A stretch of 64,000 bases of DNA. Source: an uncultured Gemmatimonas sp. Its GTDB lineage: Bacteria > Gemmatimonadota > Gemmatimonadetes > Gemmatimonadales > GWC2-71-9. How positions within the stretch are numbered: the first letter of the stretch is position 1; the number at the start of each line of letters is the position of its first letter. The position numbers and the translations under genes were made by a program. Shown here in pieces: positions 18,903-26,324 of this stretch. The DNA lies in contig CAYTMW010000016.1 of assembly GCA_964439025.1 (NCBI GenBank), forward strand, positions 9,216 through 73,215, read 5' to 3'. The notes beneath the pieces were generated by a model. It worked only from the letters and a program-made list of their open reading frames with translations. It was not told the DNA's origin and searched no databases.

Positions 18903-19444
18903 CGCGCGGCCCCCAGGGAGCTCCGGAGCGCCTTGGCGTGGGCGAGATGCGCCGCGATGGTCGGCCGCACGTCTGCCAGGAGCTTCTTGAGCTCGGCGTT
19001 CTCGGTGGTCGGGATCAGGAGGCCGTCGATCGTGTCGAGCACCGCCTGGTGGTAGTCGACCTCCCGGTCCATATAGGCCCGGTCAAAGGCCACACCGCCC
19101 AGCTTTTCGAGGGAAGCACGCGCTGCGGCGGCGCCGGCCAGGAGCGACTGGCTCACCGCATTGTCCTTGGGGGTGACGCCGAGCCGCCCCGCGAGCGCGC
19201 CCGCCTGGGCGTTGACCGCCGTATGGTCGGTGATCATGGTGTTGGCAAACGCCCTGACCTCCCCCTTGCTGGCCCGCGACTGGGCGACCCAGGCAAGTTG
19301 GACATCGATGCTGTTGGCGATCACGGCGACATGGGCGACTTCCGCATCGGAGAGGTCGGGCGGGCCGGCCTGGGCTGAGAGCTCGGTGGAGGCGGCGAAA
19401 AGGAGAAGGAGCAGAATAAGGCTACCGGGCACAAAGTGTTTCAC
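18899..19444 (-). CDS. DUF4142-like secreted protein
   Basis: Signal peptide MKHFVPGSLILLLLLFAASTELSAQA. A repeated four-helix pattern (FANTMITDHTAVNAQ ... FDRAYMDREVDYHQAV) resembles DUF4142. Confidence 0.55.
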   Translation of the reverse strand: MKHFVPGSLILLLLLFAASTELSAQAGPPDLSDAEVAHVAVIANSIDVQLAWVAQSRASKGEVRAFANTMITDHTAVNAQAGALAGRLGVTPKDNAVSQSLLAGAAAARASLEKLGGVAFDRAYMDREVDYHQAVLDTIDGLLIPTTENAELKKLLADVRPTIAAHLAHAKALRSSLGAAR

Positions 19445-19550
19445 GGGGATCTCCTAAAATGGATGAGCCTCTGGGTCGTGAGTACGCTGGCCCGAACAAC
19501 CTACGGCAATAGCCACATTATGTCAATAGATTTATGTGATTAATGGACAA

Positions 19551-19575
19551 CTCAAGTTGTTTCTTATATCTTGAG
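19551..19575. promoter_or_regulatory. inverted repeat CTCAAG-N13-CTTGAG in the AT-rich divergent promoter region (candidate operator of the ArsR-like regulator)
   Basis: It lies 22 nt upstream of ATG 19598. The 150-nt intergenic region 19445-19597 is conspicuously AT-rich for this genome. Confidence 0.3.
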
Positions 19576-19597
19576 GTGTCCCCCCGGAAGGATTCCC

Positions 19598-20236
19598 ATG
19601 ACCAACTGGCTGACTCGTCTGCTCGGCGAAACCCAAGTCAAGATGTTGATGCTGCTCCGACGTTCCCGGCAGACCATCACCGGGCTCGCCGAGCACGTGG
19701 AGCTGACCGACAACGCGGTCCGGACCCACGTGGCGGCGCTGGACCGAGACGGTATGATCGAGCAGGTGGGCACCCGGCGGGAAGCGAGGGGTAAGCCCGC
19801 CCGGGTCTATGCGCTCACCCGGGAGGGGGAGGAGCTCTTCCCCAAGGCCTACGCCCTGGTCCTGGCCGGGCTGGTAGAGGAAATCTCCCGGGCCGAAGGC
19901 CGGGAGCGGGCCATCAAGCTGCTCCGGGCGGTGGGGGAGCGGGTGGCAGAACGGGTGGAGCCATCCAGGGACCCCAAGGCCCGGGTTAAGGCCGCAGCGG
20001 CGATCCTGCGAAGCCTCGGGGGCGATGTCGAGGTCCAGCGCACCGACCACGGGTGGCTGCTCCAGGGCTACGGTTGCCCTCTCTCGGCGGTAACCGCCAA
20101 GCACCCTGAGGTCTGCTCCGTCGCCAAGGCGCTGGTGGAGGAGATCACCGGCCAGAAGGTGACCGAGTGCTGCGACCGGAGCGATCGCCCCCGCTGCGCT
20201 TTCCAGGTGTCCGGAGCGCCTCCCGAAGCGGCCTGA
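19598..20236 (+). CDS. ArsR-like winged-helix regulator (COG2345-type) with Cys-rich C-terminal domain
   Basis: ORF 19571..20236; ATG 19598 follows GGAAGGA. It has an HTH (QTITGLAEHVELTDNAVRTHVAALDRDGMI) and C-terminal cysteines (GYGCPLS...EVCSV...ECCDRSDRPRCAF). Confidence 0.7.
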   Translation: MTNWLTRLLGETQVKMLMLLRRSRQTITGLAEHVELTDNAVRTHVAALDRDGMIEQVGTRREARGKPARVYALTREGEELFPKAYALVLAGLVEEISRAEGRERAIKLLRAVGERVAERVEPSRDPKARVKAAAAILRSLGGDVEVQRTDHGWLLQGYGCPLSAVTAKHPEVCSVAKALVEEITGQKVTECCDRSDRPRCAFQVSGAPPEAA

Positions 20237-20296
20237 CCCCGCCGCCGGCCGATTGGCCGCTATTATCCGGGCACCCCAGGCACCAGGAGGTAGCCA

Positions 20297-20890
20297 GTGC
20301 ACCGGAAATGGGCGTTCCTCGCACTCGTGTTTCTGGCCGGCGCTGCCGGCTGCGCCACTCTTCAGCAAATCGCCGCGCTTCGGCAGGTTGATTTTTCCCT
20401 GGCCGGCACCCGCAATGCCCGTCTGGCCGGCGTGGACCTGAGCCGGATCCGCTCCTATCGCGATCTCAGCGCCGTGGACATCGGGCGGATCGGGTTCGCG
20501 ATCGCCCGCAAGGACCTTCCGCTCGAATTCCAGCTCGCCGTGCGCGGGGAAAACCCCGCCGACAATAATGTGACCGCCACGATGGTGAGGCTGGCCTGGT
20601 CGCTCTTCCTGAACGACAAGGAAACCGTCTCGGGCACGCTCGACACCACGCTCGCCTTCCCCCCCGGTCAACCGACAACCTTTCCGATGCGGATGCGGCT
20701 CAACCTCTATCAATTCTTCGACGGGCCGGCGGAGAGCATGGTGGACCTCGCGGCCTCGCTGGCGGGACTCTCCAGCGATCCGACCAGGATTTCGCTGCGC
20801 GGCGTGCCCACCATCGATACGCCGCTCGGACGGATCAGCTACCCGTCGCCCATCACCATCGTCTCCAGGACTGTCGGGGGGCCTCCATGA
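20297..20890 (+). CDS. lipoprotein, LEA_2/WHy-like fold (tentative)
   Basis: Lipobox FLAGAAGC. The remainder is beta-rich and resembles LEA14-type proteins. Confidence 0.45.
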   Translation: MHRKWAFLALVFLAGAAGCATLQQIAALRQVDFSLAGTRNARLAGVDLSRIRSYRDLSAVDIGRIGFAIARKDLPLEFQLAVRGENPADNNVTATMVRLAWSLFLNDKETVSGTLDTTLAFPPGQPTTFPMRMRLNLYQFFDGPAESMVDLAASLAGLSSDPTRISLRGVPTIDTPLGRISYPSPITIVSRTVGGPP

Positions 20891-22137
20891 GCGGGCCTCC
20901 TTCCCGGCGCGACTTCCTCGGTGCGCTCGCCGGCGCGTCGTCCGCGTACGCCGCACTTCCCCTGCTCCGGACGGTCGAGATGCAAGACGGTGAATCCGCG
21001 TGGCTCGCGCTCAAGGCCGAGTTTCTCTTCGGCGAGCGCCTGATTCCGATGAACGCGGCCAACATGTGTCCCCCGCCCCGCGCAGTCATCGCCGCGGTCG
21101 AAGCCGCCAATCGCTCGGTGGACGCCGACGTCTCGTTCCACAACCGCGCCCGCTACAACACGCTTCGGGAAACAGTGCGCGCCGCGGTGGCCCGCTTTCT
21201 CGATGGTAACGCGGACGAATTCGCCATTATCCGGAACGCCTCGGAGGGCAACAACATCGTCGTCGCCGGGCTGGCGCTCCGACCGGACGACGAGGTGCTG
21301 ATCACCGACCAGAATCACGCCAGCAACGGGCTCGCCTGGGAGGTGCAGGCGGCCCGTCGCGGATTCACGGTGCGCCGGGTGACGCTGCCGAGCGCTCCGG
21401 CGAGTGGAGCGGACCTGCTGGAAGCGGTGACGCGCGGCCTGACCCCGCGCACCCGGGTGCTGGCCTTTTCCGACGTCTCCAATTCGAGCGGGATGCGGAT
21501 CCCCGCCGCCGAGCTCTGCCGGCTGGGCCGGGAGCGCGGGATCCACGTTCACATAGACGGCGCCCAGACTATGGGCGCGATGCGCCTCTCGATGCGGGAG
21601 CTGGGCGCCGGCTCCTACACTGCCAGCACCCAGAAGTGGCTGATGGGTCCGCGCGAGGGTGGCGTCCTGTATGTGCGGCGGGATCTCATTCCCACCGTGC
21701 AGCCCTGGGTGATCAGCCGGGGCTTCAGCGACCCCGCGGATCCCGGACCTGCCAGCGCGAAGAAGCTCGACATGCTCGGCCAGCGCAACGAGGGGGTGAT
21801 GGCGGGGTTCGGCGCGGCGATCGCGTTCGTGGAGCGGATCGGGATCGAGAAGATCCAGGCGCGGGTAGAGTCGCTCGCGGCGCGTCTCACCGCCGGGCTC
21901 CGGGAGATTCCGGGTTACCGGCTGGTGACGCCTGCCGCGCCCGGATGCTCGCTCGGCGTGGTGGTGGGTCGATTCGAGGGGCTGGACCATCAGAAGCTCC
22001 ACGACCGGCTCTATCACGGGCACGGCGTGGCGAGCGCGCCGACCGGCGGACTCCGGCTCTGCCCTCACGTGTACAACACACTCGCCGACGTGGACCGAGC
22101 CGTCCGTGCCGTGGCCGCTGCAAGGGGCGAGGTCTAG
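20887..22137 (+). CDS. class V aminotransferase-fold PLP enzyme with twin-arginine signal
   Basis: N-terminus MSGPPSRRDFLGALAGASSAYAALPL is Tat-like. A class V fold is suggested, with a probable PLP lysine in YTASTQKWLMGP. Confidence 0.7.
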   Translation: MSGPPSRRDFLGALAGASSAYAALPLLRTVEMQDGESAWLALKAEFLFGERLIPMNAANMCPPPRAVIAAVEAANRSVDADVSFHNRARYNTLRETVRAAVARFLDGNADEFAIIRNASEGNNIVVAGLALRPDDEVLITDQNHASNGLAWEVQAARRGFTVRRVTLPSAPASGADLLEAVTRGLTPRTRVLAFSDVSNSSGMRIPAAELCRLGRERGIHVHIDGAQTMGAMRLSMRELGAGSYTASTQKWLMGPREGGVLYVRRDLIPTVQPWVISRGFSDPADPGPASAKKLDMLGQRNEGVMAGFGAAIAFVERIGIEKIQARVESLAARLTAGLREIPGYRLVTPAAPGCSLGVVVGRFEGLDHQKLHDRLYHGHGVASAPTGGLRLCPHVYNTLADVDRAVRAVAAARGEV

Positions 22138-22144
22138 CCGGGCC

Positions 22145-24421
22145 TCACCGCGCGTGAAAGAGCCATGACGCCGGTACCTCGCGCGCCGCCGCCTCGCCTT
22201 CCTGCACCAGGAGCGCAAGCTCCGCCCCGCCGCCAGCCTGAAAATACCTGACCTCGATGGGGTGATACCCCGCACCGAGCGCGATCATGCCGCGCTTGTC
22301 CTCGGTGCCGTGCGGTCCGTCGTGGTCGATCACGATCTTCTCACCGATCGAGAGCCGGCTCCCGTCGTCGGAGCGAAGCACGAAGGTGTACAGGCCGTCG
22401 CCGGGCACCTTGATGAATCCTCGAAAGCCGCGGGCGTAGCGCTCCAGCCGCTCGTCGCCCTGGCGGGTCACGGTAGCCGCCACCTGTTCGCGCAGCACCC
22501 GCAGGGTATCCATCGCCGAGACGCTTCGGAGCGACGCCTCGCTGTAGGTGGCGCGGAGCCCCGGAGCGAGCCCACCCTCGGCCATCGGCTCGGGCGTCCG
22601 CAGCGTCGTCCGCGCGTAGGTCGCGGCGCGGGGCGCGCTGACTCGCCCGTCGCCGAGGAACACCCGTGCGGTGACCCGGGTGCCGGTTGAGGGCACCGGC
22701 AAGGCGAGCGGCCCCTCGTACATCAGACTCGATGGCGTCGGATCGGAGCCGTCGGTGGTGTACCGGATGATGGTACCACCGAGCAGGGTGCGGAGCCGCA
22801 CCGTCACGCTGTCGTTCAGGGTCAGCTGGTCCGCATCGAGTCCCTCGACGTGCGGAATCCGGTACGCGACCCGGAGCCGGTCGAGTGCGCGGAGTTGGGC
22901 CGGGAGCCGGGTCACGAAGCTGTCCCAATTCCTCGCATCGCGCGGAGACCAGGCCACCTCGGCGAGCGCCAGCGCCCGCGGGTACACCATGTATTCGACC
23001 GACTGCGGGGTCTTCAGGTATTCGGTCCAGACGTTGCCCTGCACCCCGATGACGTGCCGGGCGGTTGACGCCGGGATGGTATCGGGCACCGGCTCGAAGG
23101 CATAGACCAGATCGAGCGGCAGCAGCCCGCCGATGGCCAGCGGCTCGAAACGCGCGTCGCCCTGGTAGTAGTCCAAGTAGGCGTGCGAGGTCGGGCTCAT
23201 GATCACGTCGTGGCCCTGCCGGGCCGCGGAGATCCCGCCGCCCATGCCGCGCCACGACATCACTATCGCCCGGGGGGCCAGGCCGCCCTCCAGAATCTCG
23301 TCCCAGCCGATCAGCCGCCGTCCCTTCGCGTTGAGCATCCGTTCCACCCGGCGGATGAAGTAGCTCTGCAGCTCGTCCTCGTTCTTGAGGCGTTTTCGTT
23401 TGATCACCGACTGGGCGAGCGGACTCGCCTTCCAGCGGGCCTTGGGCGCCTCGTCGCCGCCGATGTGCACGTAGGGGCCGGGAAAGAGCTTCACCACTTC
23501 GGAGAGTACGTTGTCCACGAAGCGGAAGGTTCGCTCGGAGGGGCAGAAAATGTCCTCGTCCACACCCCAGGTGGTCGAAACTTCGAAGGGCCCGGGGGTG
23601 CAGGCCAGCCAGGGATAGGCGGCGATCGCGGCCTGCGAGTGCCCCGGCATTTCGATCTCGGGGACGACGGTGACGTAGCGCTCCCGGGCGTACGCCACGA
23701 CTTCGCGGATCTCTGCCTGAGTGTAGAAGCCGCAGTGCGGGGTCTTGTCGCCGATATAGGGAGAGAAGTTCCTCTCGAGGATGGTCTCTTTGCGGCACGC
23801 TCCCACCGAGGTCAGCCGGGGATAGCCTGCAATGGCGATGCGCCAGCCCTGGTCCTCGGTCAGGTGCCAGTGGAAAGTGTTGAGCTTGAAGCGCGACATC
23901 AGGTCGATGTAGCGCTTGACGAACGTCACGTCGAAGAAGTGCCGGCCGACGTCGAGGTGCAGGCCACGCCAGGCAAAGCGCGGTGCATCCGCGATCGTCA
24001 CGACGGGGAGCGAGCCGTCGGCGGCGGCGAGCTGGCGGAGGGTCTGGAGTCCGTAGAAGAGGCCGGCCGGCCTCGGCGCTTCGAGGTGAATGCGCTCCGG
24101 AGTGATCTCGAGCCGGTACGACTCGGCGCGGGCATCGCTCGAGTTTGTGAGGCGGAGGACGACGGTGGCGTTGGGTGCGGCGGCGGTGCGCACGCCCGGG
24201 CCGCGGCTTTCGGTCAGGATCAGGGCGGCGAGGCGTCTCAGGCGCTGGAGCTCGGCCGTGTGGCCGGGTACAATGGCGACGACAATCGCGCCCGCGGGAG
24301 CAACGCTCCCCGTGCGGCGGGTAACCTCGGCGGGGTACGGCACCAGGGGGAGATCGTCGGAGCGGGCCTGGGCATTCGCGGAGGCGGCGGCGACCGGGAG
24401 GAGCAGGAGGAGAATGCGCAT
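22145..24421 (-). CDS. GH20 beta-N-acetylhexosaminidase with C-terminal PA14 domain
   Basis: ORF 22145..24556 trimmed to ATG 24421 (MRILLLLLPVAAASANAQ signal). GH20 motifs are FHWHLTEDQGWR and HIGGDEAP. The C-terminal PA14-like stretch is GFIKVPGDGLYTFVLRSDDGSRLSIG. Confidence 0.85.
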   Translation of the reverse strand: MRILLLLLPVAAASANAQARSDDLPLVPYPAEVTRRTGSVAPAGAIVVAIVPGHTAELQRLRRLAALILTESRGPGVRTAAAPNATVVLRLTNSSDARAESYRLEITPERIHLEAPRPAGLFYGLQTLRQLAAADGSLPVVTIADAPRFAWRGLHLDVGRHFFDVTFVKRYIDLMSRFKLNTFHWHLTEDQGWRIAIAGYPRLTSVGACRKETILERNFSPYIGDKTPHCGFYTQAEIREVVAYARERYVTVVPEIEMPGHSQAAIAAYPWLACTPGPFEVSTTWGVDEDIFCPSERTFRFVDNVLSEVVKLFPGPYVHIGGDEAPKARWKASPLAQSVIKRKRLKNEDELQSYFIRRVERMLNAKGRRLIGWDEILEGGLAPRAIVMSWRGMGGGISAARQGHDVIMSPTSHAYLDYYQGDARFEPLAIGGLLPLDLVYAFEPVPDTIPASTARHVIGVQGNVWTEYLKTPQSVEYMVYPRALALAEVAWSPRDARNWDSFVTRLPAQLRALDRLRVAYRIPHVEGLDADQLTLNDSVTVRLRTLLGGTIIRYTTDGSDPTPSSLMYEGPLALPVPSTGTRVTARVFLGDGRVSAPRAATYARTTLRTPEPMAEGGLAPGLRATYSEASLRSVSAMDTLRVLREQVAATVTRQGDERLERYARGFRGFIKVPGDGLYTFVLRSDDGSRLSIGEKIVIDHDGPHGTEDKRGMIALGAGYHPIEVRYFQAGGGAELALLVQEGEAAAREVPASWLFHAR

Positions 24422-24536
24422 CCGCGCAATATGCACGGTCCTCTTGCCCATCCCCACTAACACCGGAAATATCGCGAGCCTCGCCGTCGCACGGAGTCGT
24501 GTCGCCGCCCCGCGCATCGCCGCGCAGGCCGGGTAG

Positions 24537-24665
24537 GTGCCGACTGTCGACAACACTGCGGCCCGCGAGTGGTTCCAGGACGCGAAGTTCGGGATGTTCG
24601 TTCACTGGGGGATCTACAGCGTCCTCCAGGGTGACGCTCAGCTCGCCGCCGCACGGTTCGGGTGA
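24537..24665 (+). pseudogene. remnant of a GH29 alpha-L-fucosidase (N-terminal ~25 residues only)
   Basis: The frame reads [31 protein letters not shown], then unrelated residues and TGA. WF.DAKFGMF.HWG.YSV is the conserved GH29 N-terminal block. No signal peptide and no rest of the enzyme are present. Confidence 0.65.
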
Positions 24666-24826
24666 GGTGGATCAGGTGGTGGTGCTGCGGCTGTCGCGGT
24701 AACGGGGGCGCACGGGTGCAGGCCCCGTGTGCGGCGGCGGGTAGCGAGCAAGAGCCTGTGCGAGGTTATCTGGCTTATACCGCGTCTCGCCGCGGTAATA
24801 TCCACCGGAATATTGCGGCCGACTGC

Positions 24827-24956
24827 GCCCAACTCAAGCGGCTGCGTCGACTTGGTCGAATCTGGCTTCGCGTGGAGATTTGGAGATATGCCGCAGCCCA
24901 TTGCTGTGGTTTTGGGGAAGCGATAGAGTCGGTGTCGGCTTAAGTAAAGGTTATGC
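24827..24956 (+). other. attC-like recombination site (130 bp) preceding the HigBA-2 cassette
   Basis: It starts GCCCAAC (RYYYAAC) and ends ...GTCGGCTTAAGTAAAG-GTTATGC. The arms CTCAAGC..CGAC and GTCG..GCTTAAG pair. The left half is less regular than the right. Confidence 0.5.
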
Positions 24957-25022
24957 CGCTTCGCGTTGAGCCCGTGTTGCACGCCGCCTTCCGCTTCATA
25001 CTACTCAGTATTACATTAGAAC

Positions 25023-25367
25023 ATGGCCGCAGAACGGGCCGAGCTGGAATTCGTCTACACGCCGCTCTTCGATGCGAGCAGCAAAGGGCTGCTCGATGAC
25101 GAGGCCATGCGGCACGTTGAGATGACGTTGCTACAAGATCCCCGCGAAGGCGACGTGGTCGCGGGAACCGGTGGACTCCGGAAGCTCCGCGCGGCCTTGC
25201 CGGGTCGCGGCAAACGCGGGGGTGCCAGGATCATCTATTTCGCCGTGCTCGTGCGAAACCGGGTGTACTTTCTGTTGGCTTATGCGAAGAACCAACGGGT
25301 AGACCTCACTCCGGCTGAGAAACGAGAGCTTCGGGCGCTCGCCCGGTCCTTGGAACAGGAGGCCTAA
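25023..25367 (+). CDS. higB: HigB-2 / COG4737-type RelE-superfamily toxin
   Basis: The motifs GTGGLRKLRAALPGRGKRGGARIIYF...YFLLAYAKNQRVDLTPAEKREL match the HigB-2 pattern (GTGGLRK.R...GKRGG.RIIY...Y.KN..DL). Confidence 0.8.
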   Translation: MAAERAELEFVYTPLFDASSKGLLDDEAMRHVEMTLLQDPREGDVVAGTGGLRKLRAALPGRGKRGGARIIYFAVLVRNRVYFLLAYAKNQRVDLTPAEKRELRALARSLEQEA

Positions 25368-25741
25368 TGGCACACAAGCCGAAGGCGCGATTGGGGGGCC
25401 TCTTGGTGGAGAGCATGCGCCAAGCCGTGGCCATCAAGGAGGGTCGCCTGCGGCCCGCCCGCCGGCACCGGCTCACCTTGCGGGACACCCGTGTCAGCGC
25501 GCCACCCCGGTACGGTTCCTCGCGTATCCGTCGTCTGAGGGAGCGGCTGGGTCTCTCTCAGCCCGTGTTCGCACGGGCGCTCAATGTCAGCGTTGCGACG
25601 GTTCGTGGTTGGGAGCAGGGTGCGCGCGTTCCTGACGGCCCCTCGCGGCGGCTCTTGGAGGTAGTCGAGCGGCACCCGGGGACAGTACTGGTGGCCGTAT
25701 CATCCTCTCGGCCGCGATCCCGCTCCAGAGCAGCGGCATAA
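25367..25741 (+). CDS. higA: HigA-2-type HTH (XRE) antitoxin
   Basis: It overlaps the toxin stop (TAATG). The C-terminal HTH reads IRRLRERLGLSQPVFARALNVSVATVRGWEQGARVPDGPSRRLLEVVERHP. Confidence 0.8.
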   Translation: MAHKPKARLGGLLVESMRQAVAIKEGRLRPARRHRLTLRDTRVSAPPRYGSSRIRRLRERLGLSQPVFARALNVSVATVRGWEQGARVPDGPSRRLLEVVERHPGTVLVAVSSSRPRSRSRAAA

Positions 25742-25815
25742 CCCGCCCTTGAAGCTGACGGCCGCGGGCTGGCTTCGCCGGCGCCGCGGCCGCAGCTTAA
25801 GGCTCATTGTTACCT
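25736..25815 (+). other. attC-like recombination site (80 bp) closing the HigBA-2 cassette
   Basis: GCATAAC-CCGCCC-TTGAAGCTGACGGCCGCGG ... CCGCGGCCGCAGCTTAAG-GCTCATT-GTTACCT. The stem is about 18 bp with one bulged A. The higA-2 stop TAA lies inside GCATAAC. Confidence 0.7.
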
Positions 25816-25859
25816 GCGCATGCTGGGATTGGTGCCGCCTTCGAGCTGAGAGCTGAGCC

Positions 25860-26324
25860 ATGGGACAAGACGAGCCGCTCGTGGCCTCGAATGCGTTTGG
25901 CGGGGCGATTCCGATTTTCCGCGTGGAAAGCCTCGAGGCCTGCATTGACTACTACATCAAGGTGCTCGGATTCACGTTGCATTGGCGTGAGGCGAGCATC
26001 ATGGCCGCCGTCTCCCGCAATCGCTGCGAGATTTTCCCGTGCGAAGGGCACCAGGGCCACACCGGCACGTGGGCATGGATCGGCGTCACCGACGCGGAGT
26101 CGCTCTGTGCTGAGTTCCGGCAGAGAGGGGCCCGGGTGCGGCATCCGCCGACCAACTATCCCTGGGCGTACGAGATGCAGGTCGAGGATCCCGAGGGCAA
26201 CGTGCTCCGGTTCGGCTCGGACCCGAAGCCCGATGAGCCATTCGGACCATGGCTCGACATGCGGGGCGCCACCTGGGTGCACTCGCCCGGCGGCGGGTGG
26301 ATGCGCGCTGAGCCTCGCGCATGA
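25860..26324 (+). CDS. VOC family (glyoxalase/bleomycin-resistance) protein
   Basis: 154 aa; YYIKVLGFTLHW ... WAYEMQVEDPEGNVLRFG is typical of bleomycin-resistance/glyoxalase folds. Confidence 0.7.
   Translation: MGQDEPLVASNAFGGAIPIFRVESLEACIDYYIKVLGFTLHWREASIMAAVSRNRCEIFPCEGHQGHTGTWAWIGVTDAESLCAEFRQRGARVRHPPTNYPWAYEMQVEDPEGNVLRFGSDPKPDEPFGPWLDMRGATWVHSPGGGWMRAEPRA

Noticed and set aside
24638-24982. ORFs of 65-114 aa in the 24.6-25.0 kb spacer (24638..24982 -, 24662..24943 +, 24729..24926 +).
   Set aside because: They overlap one another in three frames and have no recognisable motifs or RBS. The region is better explained as the fucosidase remnant plus an attC-like palindrome.
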